Assembly (NCBI GenBank): GCA_937899245.1
Contig: CALDKB010000056.1
Coordinates: 347-64,346, forward strand
Reading direction: 5' to 3'
DNA: 64,000 nucleotides
Source of the DNA: an uncultured Bacteroidales bacterium
GTDB lineage: Bacteria; Bacteroidota; Bacteroidia; Bacteroidales; ML635J-15
The translations under genes were made by a program, and so were the position numbers. Within the stretch, counting starts at the first letter, position 1; each line of letters opens with the position of its first letter. Under the pieces are notes generated by a model. That model was given only the letters and a program-made list of their open reading frames with translations, was not told where the DNA came from and made no database searches. Below are positions 55,876 through 64,000 of the stretch, one piece after another.

Positions 55876-56523
55876 TTATTCAATTGAATAAAGTTCACGG
55901 TTTAGTGTCATTTTGCCTTTCTTGTTGTATGACTCGTATTTAACTGCGCCTACGCCAAGTTTCCACCATTGCTTCGATGTCATATTAACCTTTACGAACA
56001 TTATCTGTGCTTCGTCGTTTGATTCGATTGCAACACAGTCGAATGTGCCAGCATCGGTTGTAATGCTTTGGTTTGTCGTAAGGTTAATGTTTGTGGTGCT
56101 GATTCTAATTCCTGGGCCTGTAATGTTGCAGTCATCGAGTTTTTCGCTACCCTTGGGGAATTCCGGTAGAATAACGGTGTGTCCCTTGATGGAATCGATA
56201 TTTACCATTGATGAAAGGGATCCTAGTGCGTAGCGAACATCGGTGTGGAAATAGCCGTCGGCGCTCCATACTTTTCCTTTGTATCTTTCGCCAGTCTCGT
56301 TGAACTTGTCGTTCATCCAAACAACATCGAAATAAATGGATGTCTTGCCGCCTTCTTTCTGTACGTCGGTAATCTCGTAACGGAATGCCTGTAGAATCTT
56401 ACCCTTTTCGTTCTTGTCAACGTAGGTGATCTTTGTTCCAATCTTTTCTGGCATATAGGTTTGAGCATTTGCAAAAGCAAATACGCTTAATACCAATACT
56501 GCTAATAAAAATAACTTTCTCAT
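55876..56523 (-). CDS. Secreted beta-rich protein of unknown function
   Basis: 215 aa. Signal peptide MRKLFLLAVLVLSVFAFANAQ. It starts 7 nt after the stop of the OmpA-family gene and is probably co-transcribed. Confidence 0.6.
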   Translation of the reverse strand: MRKLFLLAVLVLSVFAFANAQTYMPEKIGTKITYVDKNEKGKILQAFRYEITDVQKEGGKTSIYFDVVWMNDKFNETGERYKGKVWSADGYFHTDVRYALGSLSSMVNIDSIKGHTVILPEFPKGSEKLDDCNITGPGIRISTTNINLTTNQSITTDAGTFDCVAIESNDEAQIMFVKVNMTSKQWWKLGVGAVKYESYNKKGKMTLNRELYSIE

Positions 56524-56530
56524 ATCTTAC

Positions 56531-58102
56531 TTATTTTTTTATGAATTCAACTCTTCTGTTCTTTGCCTTGCCTTCGTCGGTGCTGTTGTCGGCGATAGGA
56601 GATGTCTGGCCTTTTCCAACAGAAGTAAGTCTGTCGGCGCTGATTCCCATTTCTACCAACTTGTCGACGATTGCTTTTGCGCGGGCTTCGCTCAATGTCT
56701 GGTTGCTTGCTACGTTGCCAGTGTTGTCGGTGTGGCCTTGAACTTCGAATTTAAGACTTGGGTCTTCTTTCATTAAATTGGCAATACGGTTGATTTCGCC
56801 CATGGATTCTGGTTTTATTGTGGCTTTGCCTACGTCGAAAGTTATACCGTAAGTAACGATTTTACCTTCGCTTGCCATTCTATCGTATAGAGGAACTGCT
56901 CCTTTTGCAATACGGACATTTTTAATAAAGAATAAACGTTGATTTTCATTATTGCCACGGATTTTAAACCATTTTGGCGCTTTTGCATTAGGAATATTTG
57001 CAACGCGTTGGTTGTCGAAATATACTTTATATGCACGCTTATTGAATGAAATTGCAATGTGGTGCCATGCTTCAAATTCTACACTGCGTAGATTGTATGT
57101 GCCAGATCTTCCTTCATTGGTGTTTGGTACCCACCAATCATAATTAAAATCCTTGTCGTCAACTTTCTTGTCAATGCTTGCATCAGATTGCATTTCAAAA
57201 TGTAATGTCAAACAACGATTATCCCAGTTGAAACTTTTAGAAATTTTATCTTCATCAATCAAGTCAATATAGAAATGTCCCCAACCGTGAAGATCTTCGC
57301 CCATTTCCTGTTCCCATATTTTTTCATGGCGGAAATATACATCAAATTCGATAGTAAAAACGTCTGTCAAGTATGTTTTACCATCTTTATAAAGAGGAGT
57401 AATATCAGCTCCTTGAAGATTGATACATTTAACTCCGTTTATTTGAACAATTTCTGCAGCGCCACCAAATGCGTCCCACATTTGTGGAAATTCGCCAAGA
57501 GGCTCGTTTGCATTGTTGTCTTCAAAAATTATTTCATCACCAGCAACGAAATCGTAATTGTTCCAAGCCATAGTGTTGGAAGCGATCTTTTGTGCGCCTC
57601 TTTTTGCACCGCATTCGTCACAGAAATTACCAGTGTTGCCACTATATCCGCATTTTTCGCAAGTCCAAGTTGCCGGTCCTGCCGATTCTTCCGGTTTCTT
57701 TGCTCCGCAGTCGTTGCAGAATTTGCCGGTATTACCTTCGTGACCGCATGCGGGACAAGTCCAACCTGTACTAGCTGCCGACTGATTTTTTGCTGATTCG
57801 GCCGATGCAGAAGGTTTTTTAGCAGCACATTCCTTGCAGAAATTACCAGTGTTGCCAGTAGCTCCACAATTAGGGCATGTCCAGCCTACAGTGCTGTTGC
57901 TTTCGTTGTTTCCCTTTTTGTCGGGGTTGTTTTCTATATCTTTTCTAATGGCCTTTTCTGCGTTATCGATGCCCTTATCTATGGCCTCGTCGATTTTTTC
58001 CTCAACTTTCTGATTGATTTTGTTCTTGATGAAATTGCCGATCTGTGCATTGGATGCAATAGCAAATGTTAGAGCCAGCACAAGTAATACAAATTTTCTC
58101 AT
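56531..58102 (-). CDS. OmpA-family protein with a signal peptide, three tandem zinc-ribbon motifs, a LamG/jelly-roll-like domain and a C-terminal OmpA peptidoglycan-binding domain
   Basis: MRKFVLLVLALTFAIASNAQ. Three WTCxxCGxxGNTGxFCxxCGAKK(P) motifs (57599..57883). WHHIAISFNKRAYKVYFDNQRV. C-terminal FEVQGHTDNTG...NRRVEF. Confidence 0.85.
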   Translation of the reverse strand: MRKFVLLVLALTFAIASNAQIGNFIKNKINQKVEEKIDEAIDKGIDNAEKAIRKDIENNPDKKGNNESNSTVGWTCPNCGATGNTGNFCKECAAKKPSASAESAKNQSAASTGWTCPACGHEGNTGKFCNDCGAKKPEESAGPATWTCEKCGYSGNTGNFCDECGAKRGAQKIASNTMAWNNYDFVAGDEIIFEDNNANEPLGEFPQMWDAFGGAAEIVQINGVKCINLQGADITPLYKDGKTYLTDVFTIEFDVYFRHEKIWEQEMGEDLHGWGHFYIDLIDEDKISKSFNWDNRCLTLHFEMQSDASIDKKVDDKDFNYDWWVPNTNEGRSGTYNLRSVEFEAWHHIAISFNKRAYKVYFDNQRVANIPNAKAPKWFKIRGNNENQRLFFIKNVRIAKGAVPLYDRMASEGKIVTYGITFDVGKATIKPESMGEINRIANLMKEDPSLKFEVQGHTDNTGNVASNQTLSEARAKAIVDKLVEMGISADRLTSVGKGQTSPIADNSTDEGKAKNRRVEFIKK

Positions 58103-58126
58103 ATGATATCATTTTAAAATATGTCG

Positions 58127-58134
58127 CAAATATA
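58127..58134 (-). promoter_or_regulatory. -7 box TATATTTG upstream of the OmpA-family gene
   Basis: Match to TAnnTTTG, 24 nt before ATG 58102. Confidence 0.4.
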
Positions 58135-58182
58135 TATTATTTTGCCTAGTTATAGTAATGTGTGCTAAAAAAATAGTTTTTG

Positions 58183-58788
58183 TCAATTAAATTTTCCGTA
58201 TACGACCGTATTGTCTTCTATTTCGATTGCCGTTAGCGAGTATTCCTGATGTTTTGTCCCGTTGCAGAGCTGGCAACGGATGCTTTGTGGCAAAAAAGAA
58301 GTTATTCTTATCATTTCCTTGAAATTAATATTCTCGTTATCAGCCAATTTGAAAACGCATTCCTTGCAGTTCCAAAGGATTGTGAGTTTTAGAATATCGT
58401 TGTCGGCGAGTAGCAATTCATTGTCGGAAAAAACACGCTGAGCAACTCGTTGTATTCGAGGCGAGACTGTTTCGATGTCGATGCCTACAGGAAAATTTCT
58501 GTTCCAGATGATTGCTGCCATGTTTGACGAATGGCTTATTGAAATGTACCCCTCGTCGACAAAAGGTTTACGGTCGTTGTAGTGTATGGCTTGGTTTATA
58601 CCTGTTGTTTTGATCAGGGCTCTTACGGAAAGTATTTCTATGCGTCGTTTCGGTGCGCTGCATCTGCCGAGCAGAATCTTGTCTTCGTCGGTTAAGTCGC
58701 ATAATGATAGGAGTTGTTCTTCTGTTTCCTCCATTTTCCAGAAGCCAATAACAGAATTGTCGGGTAATATTTGGCGAGAAAGTAGCAA
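58183..58788 (-). CDS. 4'-phosphopantetheinyl transferase superfamily protein (Sfp-type)
   Basis: FWKMEETEEQL N-terminal motif, GIDIE and W(N)CKECVFK motifs. TTG start at 58788 (uncertain). It ends in TGA. Confidence 0.75.
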   Translation of the reverse strand: MLLSRQILPDNSVIGFWKMEETEEQLLSLCDLTDEDKILLGRCSAPKRRIEILSVRALIKTTGINQAIHYNDRKPFVDEGYISISHSSNMAAIIWNRNFPVGIDIETVSPRIQRVAQRVFSDNELLLADNDILKLTILWNCKECVFKLADNENINFKEMIRITSFLPQSIRCQLCNGTKHQEYSLTAIEIEDNTVVYGKFN

Positions 58789-58816
58789 TGTGAACTTTTA
58801 AGGAAAAGTAAACTCT

Positions 58817-59401
58817 TTATTTCCACTCGAAACTTTCCATGAAATGCTCTATGTCGTCGCGGATGAAATCAACAACTGGAGCAAGAGAATCCTTGTTTGG
58901 GTGGGTTTCGAAGTATAACGAACCTCGCATAAAGTGGTTGGTGCTGTCGGTAAGGTAAAACTGCAGTTGCGAAGCGACATTACCTTTTATGTTGTATAGG
59001 CATCCGAATACGCGGGCAGAATCTTTCTCAAAAATATTTTCCTCTATGGCATCGGCCTTAACGGTGTGCTTGTATGCAAAGTTGTGTGCATCGTTTAGCA
59101 ATGTGTCGATGTCGCTGCTGTTCTTGTCGTTAATAACAGGGCGATAAGTCATGTATACGGTTGCCTTGTAGTCGGGGAAGTATATGTCGAACCAGCAGTC
59201 GTCGCCTTCCTTTATCAGGAACGAATAGGTAGGAATTTCGAACTTGAACGGGCATTCCGCGTCATATTTCTTATAGGTTTTCTCGGGGAAGTCGATTCTG
59301 AAATAGCCCTTCGGACGAGGAGTGTAGTTGTTGTCATTGCAGGCGCACAGTGCGATTGCCGCAATTACGAACAAAGCTATTATATTTCTGACTGTTGACA
59401 T
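58817..59401 (-). CDS. gldD: Gliding motility lipoprotein GldD
   Basis: 194 aa. Lipobox IALCAC, then YTPRPKGYFRIDFP, with a C-terminal ...FMESFEWK. Collinear with F. johnsoniae GldD as I recall it, and downstream of gldE. Confidence 0.8.
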   Translation of the reverse strand: MSTVRNIIALFVIAAIALCACNDNNYTPRPKGYFRIDFPEKTYKKYDAECPFKFEIPTYSFLIKEGDDCWFDIYFPDYKATVYMTYRPVINDKNSSDIDTLLNDAHNFAYKHTVKADAIEENIFEKDSARVFGCLYNIKGNVASQLQFYLTDSTNHFMRGSLYFETHPNKDSLAPVVDFIRDDIEHFMESFEWK

Positions 59402-59405
59402 AATG

Positions 59406-60719
59406 TTATTCGTTTTTCTCGAGTATATTTTCGGGAAGTTTCACTTTTATTTTCTTGATTCTCCTTTCGTTAGAAGCTGTAACGGTAAAATTGAACCCGC
59501 TTATGCATATAGTCTTGTCCTTTTGCGGTATTTCCTGATTGACTTCGAGGAGCATTCCTGCCAGGGTTTCGGCCTCGCCCTTGATTTCGTGGAATATTTC
59601 GTAGTCGACATCAACAATCTTGCAGAAGTCAACAATGCTTGTTTTGGCGTTGAATTCGTAGTTTCGTTCGTCAATTTTCTTGAAGGTGTCCTCGTCGGTG
59701 TCGAATTCGTCGTGTATTTCACCAACAAATTCCTCGAGTATATCTTCCAGCGTTACGATGCCGCTTACACCGCCGTATTCGTCGACAACAATTGCAATGT
59801 GCATTTTTTTTGACTGGAATGCCGACAGAAGGTCATTTATTTTCTTGGTCTCGGGCACTATGAATTGCGGGCGAATTAGTTTGTGCCAGTCGAAGTCGTG
59901 CTCGTTAATATGGGCAAGAACGTCCTTGATATACAGTATTCCCTTTATATTGTCGAGATTGTCCTCGTAGATAGGGATTCTGGAGAATCCAGATTCTACA
60001 ATATCGCCGATAACCTTCGAGAACTTGGCTTCGTATTCTATGGCGAAGACGTCAATGCGTGAAGTCATTATTTCGCGTGCATCAAGGTTTGATGAATTGA
60101 CGATGTCCTCAAGCATTTCGCGGTCGTCCTTCAGGTCGTCGGAAGCGAGTTCGATTGCTTGCGAGAGGTCCTCGATGCTGATGTCGGAGGAATGCTTTTT
60201 TTGCAGTCGTTTCTTTATGGCGCTAGTCGATGATGTCAAAATTATAGTGAAAGGATAGCAGATTTTTTCGAGGACAAGAATTGGGTATGCCATCATTTTC
60301 GATACGTTCAACGGGTATTTAGATGCCAGTATTTTAGGTATCATTTCACCAAAAAGCAATATGATGAATGTGATTCCGACGGTTTGTACAAGAATTACAA
60401 TGATAGGATTTTCTATCGACGGTAAAATTCTGTCGGAAATAAAGGCCGAGATTATTACGATGGCAATATTTACAAAGTTGTTGACTACAAGGATTGTGGC
60501 GAGCAGTTTTTCTGGGTTTGAAAGCAGTTTGACAATAAGTTTGTTTTTTGCAAGCTTGGATTTCTTGATGTTATCCCTGTCGTTAGCCGACAATCCGAAG
60601 AAACCAGTTTCGCTAGCGGATATAAGTCCGGAACAAAAGAGCAGTACAACTGCGGCAACGATACCGACAATTATGCCGGTGTTGTTGCTAGCTATTTGAT
60701 TATAAGGGTCGGGGTCCAA
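59406..60719 (-). CDS. gldE: Gliding motility protein GldE (CNNM/DUF21 + CBS pair + CorC_HlyC)
   Basis: 437 aa. TTG start (LDPDPYN) immediately after an in-frame stop. DUF21 TM region, CBS pair (GFSRIPIYEDNLDNIKGILYIKD) and CorC C-domain. Synteny is ssb-gldE-gldD. Confidence 0.8.
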   Translation of the reverse strand: MDPDPYNQIASNNTGIIVGIVAAVVLLFCSGLISASETGFFGLSANDRDNIKKSKLAKNKLIVKLLSNPEKLLATILVVNNFVNIAIVIISAFISDRILPSIENPIIVILVQTVGITFIILLFGEMIPKILASKYPLNVSKMMAYPILVLEKICYPFTIILTSSTSAIKKRLQKKHSSDISIEDLSQAIELASDDLKDDREMLEDIVNSSNLDAREIMTSRIDVFAIEYEAKFSKVIGDIVESGFSRIPIYEDNLDNIKGILYIKDVLAHINEHDFDWHKLIRPQFIVPETKKINDLLSAFQSKKMHIAIVVDEYGGVSGIVTLEDILEEFVGEIHDEFDTDEDTFKKIDERNYEFNAKTSIVDFCKIVDVDYEIFHEIKGEAETLAGMLLEVNQEIPQKDKTICISGFNFTVTASNERRIKKIKVKLPENILEKNE

Positions 60720-60735
60720 TGTTTATGGTTTTAAA

Positions 60736-61191
60736 TTAGAAAGGCAAATCGTCGTCTGCAGGAGCTGGTGTAAAAGAGTCTTGCTGTGTTGTAGGTTGCT
60801 GTGGCTGTTGTGCTTTGACCTGCTGGGCGGGTTGGATTGCCGAGGCCTGACCGTCGCGTGCAGATTTAGGTTCGAGCATTCTGATTACATCGGCAAGAAT
60901 TTCTGTTGTGTAATGCGTCTGGTTGTCCTGTCCCTGCCAGCTGCGCGTCTGAAGACGTCCTTCAACGTAAACAAGCATTCCCTTGTCGATATAAGATTCG
61001 CAATTTTTTGCGAGCTGGCGCCAAGCTACGATATTGTGCCATTCGGTGATTTCGCGGCGTTCGCCATCCTTTGTCCTGTAAGTTTCCGTTGTAGCCATTC
61101 GGAACGAAGCGCTAGGAGTGTCCTCCTTTACATATCTGACTTCGGGTTTTGCACCAACCCTGCCAATAAGCATTACTTTATTCAAAAACAT
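60736..61191 (-). CDS. ssb: Single-stranded DNA-binding protein
   Basis: OB-fold N-terminus NKVMLIGRVGAKPEVRY, Q/P-rich linker and acidic tail DDDLPF. Confidence 0.95.
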   Translation of the reverse strand: MFLNKVMLIGRVGAKPEVRYVKEDTPSASFRMATTETYRTKDGERREITEWHNIVAWRQLAKNCESYIDKGMLVYVEGRLQTRSWQGQDNQTHYTTEILADVIRMLEPKSARDGQASAIQPAQQVKAQQPQQPTTQQDSFTPAPADDDLPF

Positions 61192-61208
61192 ATGAAATTA
61201 TTTTTTTG

Positions 61209-61216
61209 CAAAAATA
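61209..61216 (-). promoter_or_regulatory. -7 box TATTTTTG upstream of ssb
   Basis: Match to TAnnTTTG, 17 nt before ATG 61191. Confidence 0.4.
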
Positions 61217-61663
61217 CACAATATTTTCAAATGTTTTTTTGCTTCGTCAAAGGTTTTGCTAACAAATTTCAAAATACCATTTGCGTGAAAACAATGAAGT
61301 TTGTGTATACTCATCTGAAGAGATTGACTTAATATTAAAAAATAAGATTGAACAAGCTATAGTTATGTCAAAACGAACGCTAATTTAAGATTTACATAGT
61401 TGCACACAAGCACCATCCCCTTATCCCGCATATCGTCCATTGCCCTTACTGCCTATAGTCTCGTTTCGTCCATTACTCTCATCTTCCGCTAATCTTCATA
61501 AACCACACTTTAATCCTCAATTTAATCGCGTTAATGGATATATTACACATTAATAAAAAAATAAAAATATCGTTTTTGTGATATTTTATTAAGTTTTAAT
61601 ACATTGTATTAACCATTTAGTCTAATATCTTGTTTTAATCATTTTAACATTCAATACAAATTA

Positions 61664-61671
61664 TATCTTTG
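61664..61671 (+). promoter_or_regulatory. -7 box TATCTTTG upstream of the right-edge gene
   Basis: Match to TAnnTTTG, 40 nt before ATG 61712. Confidence 0.4.
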
Positions 61672-61675
61672 TGAC

Positions 61676-61692
61676 AATGATTAATAATCATT
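61676..61692. promoter_or_regulatory. Perfect 17-bp palindrome AATGATTA-A-TAATCATT between the -7 box and the start codon (operator-like)
   Basis: 8-bp arms with no mismatch. The half-site TAATCATT recurs at 61636..61643 and the near half-site TAACCATT at 61610..61617. Confidence 0.35.
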
Positions 61693-61711
61693 AACACTAA
61701 AATTTATTTTC

Positions 61712-64000
61712 ATGAAAAAATTTATTATTTTGTTCATGCAATGGTTAATCCCCTGTCTGCTGGTCGCACAGAGCGGCGATTTCTGCAATTTTTACATAAG
61801 GAGCGGTTTTGACTCCGAATGTGTTATCACTAGTTACAAGCCAAACACAAGTCCTCATCCGAACTATGAAGAGCACGAATGCCTTGTTGCCTGTCGAGGG
61901 TCACAAGTCATCTACAGCATAGTCGGACTGCCGTCGGGCGCAAGCTACGACTGGGCAGTCTCGGGTGCTGATTCCTACACCACAAACACCAGCGACAACA
62001 CCATCACGGTCAACTGGTCGGAAACTGCCGGAATAGGAACACTTATCCTTTCTGTTTACGGACAGGACGATGAGTTCTGCGAAAAGCAGCTCTGTGTTGA
62101 CCTTGTTGAGAGACCGGTCGCTGGAATACTCTCAAATCCAGTCGAAATAGGCTACACCCCATCGGGAGCTAGGTACATCGATGTATGCGACGGTCAGGAA
62201 ATCCAGTTCTACGACAACTCCACCTCCGTGCCGGAATCACCAGTTGTAGGGTACTATTGGGACGATGGCATCCGGACAGCCTCAACCCAGAACTTTACAT
62301 TCACGGCCGACTACGGCACATACGGAAGCTATGTGTGTATAACGCATATGGTAGTGAACGAATGCGGTTGCGAAGACGTAGAAAAGTACATAGTAAACAT
62401 TTCCAAGTATCCGCAACTGAAAGTCGATTGCTTTGGCACGGCCTGCGAGAACACTTCTGCAACTTACCACGCTACCAGTTCCTGCTCCGACTATATGTGG
62501 TATGTCGATGGCGGGCACATACAGGACGGACAAGGTACAGGTTCGCTCACCGTTATGTGGGACAACATTGTAAACGGCTACGGTTACATAGCCCTCGACG
62601 GTACGGCCTGTGGTCAGGAAGTATGCCCATATCTTACCTACCTGCCGATTCCTGTAATCTCCGACAACGCCGAAATACAGGGACCCGATATTGTTTGCGT
62701 AGGCGACATCGTGACTTTTGAACTTCCGCAGTGGGCTTCTACCGAATACAACTGGAGTGTAAATCCATCTGGTTCAAATTATGTCCGCGACAGATATTCT
62801 GGACATCCTCACAAATATTTGCTTGAGTTCCGTACTCCTGGCACCTATACCATAAGCTGTAACTACAACTGTACATTCCTCGAGTGTGGAGGGGTGGCGC
62901 AGACCAAAACAGTGACGGTTACAAAACCTTTCGGTATCATTTCCGACCGCGAGGCATGTGCCGGCGAATCCGTTACATTCGAAACGGACTACCCGACAGA
63001 AGTGTTCGACTGGACCATCTACCACAATGGCACTTCGATTTACACGCAGACAGCAAGCACCATCAGCTATACCTTCAACACCGCTGGCGGATATACCATC
63101 GAGGCTTCAAGCCCCAACTTCTGCAACACCGCCTACGCGTCCATAAACATTAACGCTCTGCCGCCGACACCACTGCCCGATGTGTCGGGATGGGCAAATC
63201 GAGTATGCATAGGCAACGGCTATACATATAGTGCAGAACCCGATGCTCCAGAATACTACTTGCACTGGAGTGCTACCTGTGGTCAGCCTTCACAGTTTGA
63301 CGGAAATGACTACAATGTAACAATTCAAAGTCCGTTATGCAACATAGAACTATATTATATCGATAGGAACACTAATTGTATGTCACACTATCCTTATGAA
63401 TACCAGCTTGCTCAGTTTGTTCCGCAGACTATAACATGGCCAACATACAACGAATGTGCAAACGAAGAATTTACCATGTCGGTTACTCCCGAGAATGGCG
63501 TATTGCTCGAATGGGATATGATAGCAACCAATATGGCAAGCATAGTTAGCGACAGGTTTGCAAGTACGGTAACAATACAGACAAATGGGACTTCAGGCAC
63601 ATTCTACATGTTGTTGAAACGCATATATTGCAATACATATACCTATGATACAATACCAGTAATAATCAAGCCATATATTATTCCAGAAATCAGTATGCCT
63701 AAGAATATCTGCCAGTACTCAACAGTCACAATTAGTGCGGGTAATACTGAGCAAATTTTTGGTACTTGGACGCTTGAAATAGAAGGGCATACCTATACAT
63801 ATACAGGTCTCCCGTCGGGTGCAACATGGAATTATACATTTAATAATTCGGGGACAATACCTGTTTCATTAAGTTTTTCTGCTGACGGATGTACGCAGAC
63901 ATACGAAACCATTGAAACCGTTAATATTATTGTGGCTCCGCAGTTTTCTCTTAGCTTTCACGAAATCATCCGTGATACATTGTACGAACTTAACGCGACA
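61712..64000 (+). CDS. Large secreted Cys-rich protein built of at least 8 PKD-like modules; N-terminal 763 aa, continuing beyond the right edge
   Basis: Absent from the ORF track because it runs off the edge. I translated 61712..64000 codon by codon and found no stop. Signal peptide MKKFIILFMQWLIPCLLVAQ. The pattern (V/A)C.G..(V/I).(Y/F)......Y.W.(V/I) recurs about every 90 aa, as in Bacteroidota PKD-like-domain or gliding-associated C-terminal-domain proteins. Confidence 0.8.
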   Translation, partial: MKKFIILFMQWLIPCLLVAQSGDFCNFYIRSGFDSECVITSYKPNTSPHPNYEEHECLVACRGSQVIYSIVGLPSGASYDWAVSGADSYTTNTSDNTITVNWSETAGIGTLILSVYGQDDEFCEKQLCVDLVERPVAGILSNPVEIGYTPSGARYIDVCDGQEIQFYDNSTSVPESPVVGYYWDDGIRTASTQNFTFTADYGTYGSYVCITHMVVNECGCEDVEKYIVNISKYPQLKVDCFGTACENTSATYHATSSCSDYMWYVDGGHIQDGQGTGSLTVMWDNIVNGYGYIALDGTACGQEVCPYLTYLPIPVISDNAEIQGPDIVCVGDIVTFELPQWASTEYNWSVNPSGSNYVRDRYSGHPHKYLLEFRTPGTYTISCNYNCTFLECGGVAQTKTVTVTKPFGIISDREACAGESVTFETDYPTEVFDWTIYHNGTSIYTQTASTISYTFNTAGGYTIEASSPNFCNTAYASININALPPTPLPDVSGWANRVCIGNGYTYSAEPDAPEYYLHWSATCGQPSQFDGNDYNVTIQSPLCNIELYYIDRNTNCMSHYPYEYQLAQFVPQTITWPTYNECANEEFTMSVTPENGVLLEWDMIATNMASIVSDRFASTVTIQTNGTSGTFYMLLKRIYCNTYTYDTIPVIIKPYIIPEISMPKNICQYSTVTISAGNTEQIFGTWTLEIEGHTYTYTGLPSGATWNYTFNNSGTIPVSLSFSADGCTQTYETIETVNIIVAPQFSLSFHEIIRDTLYELNAT

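Noticed and set aside
62185-63153. Track ORFs 62185..62721 (+), 62282..62533 (-), 62774..63025 (-), 62884..63153 (+) and 62958..63146 (+).
   Set aside because: All lie in alternative frames of the long uninterrupted frame starting at 61712, which has a signal peptide and repeated PKD-like modules. They are Arg/His-rich translations typical of off-frame reading of GC-richer DNA.
1-64000. A search for tRNA, rRNA, tmRNA, CRISPR arrays, transposases, integrases and prophage genes.
   Set aside because: I saw no cloverleaf-type GTTCGAATC/T-loop signatures and no regularly spaced direct repeats. No ORF has a DDE, tyrosine- or serine-recombinase, or phage structural motif. The window looks like core chromosome rather than a mobile island. 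This is visual inspection only; tRNAscan-SE, Infernal and ISfinder would be decisive.

Overview
The window looks like chromosomal DNA from a Bacteroidota genome of about 40% GC. Supporting signs are the gliding and T9SS genes gldF, gldG, gldD and gldE, a T9SS C-terminal sorting domain, TAnnTTTG -7 promoter boxes and a near absence of Shine-Dalgarno sites. I call about 50 protein genes in alternating strand blocks. Housekeeping genes are dnaN, a DEDDh exonuclease, efp, prfB (with its +1 frameshift), prfA, purM-like, udk, manA, rlmN and ssb. Envelope genes include two tandem Wzz-like proteins, an O-antigen ligase, a flippase, a GT2 and OmpA. There are three cysteine-peptidase families: C10 at the left edge, a 2050-aa gingipain-like C25 T9SS cargo, and an exported TPR-CHAT protein. 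The window also holds a SusD-less TonB-receptor locus with two DUF5689-like lipoproteins, and a truncated lysine-fermentation module (atoD-kal-kce). Two large genes run off the window edges and are missing from the ORF track: the C10 peptidase (1..1194, minus) and a Cys-rich PKD-like repeat protein (61712..64000, plus). I found no rRNA, tRNA, CRISPR array, transposase, integrase or recognisable defence island, so no single novel system is clearly present. The observations most worth follow-up are listed here.
- An in-frame UGA followed by 70 open codons in the lipoprotein gene directly downstream of prfB.
- The orphan atoD-kal-kce module.
- The TonB receptor, twin OB-fold lipoproteins and C25 giant neighbourhood.
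- A 219-bp tandem duplication with a 130-bp perfect core inside the giant gene.
- An exported OmpA protein carrying three zinc ribbons.
- A tightly coupled nucleoside phosphorylase and TPR-CHAT gene pair.
- A GC-rich mosaic 5' part of the right-edge gene, preceded by a strongly C-over-G skewed spacer and a palindromic operator-like site.
Several ORF-track starts (TTG or GTG) fall inside promoter boxes or terminators. I moved those to downstream ATGs.
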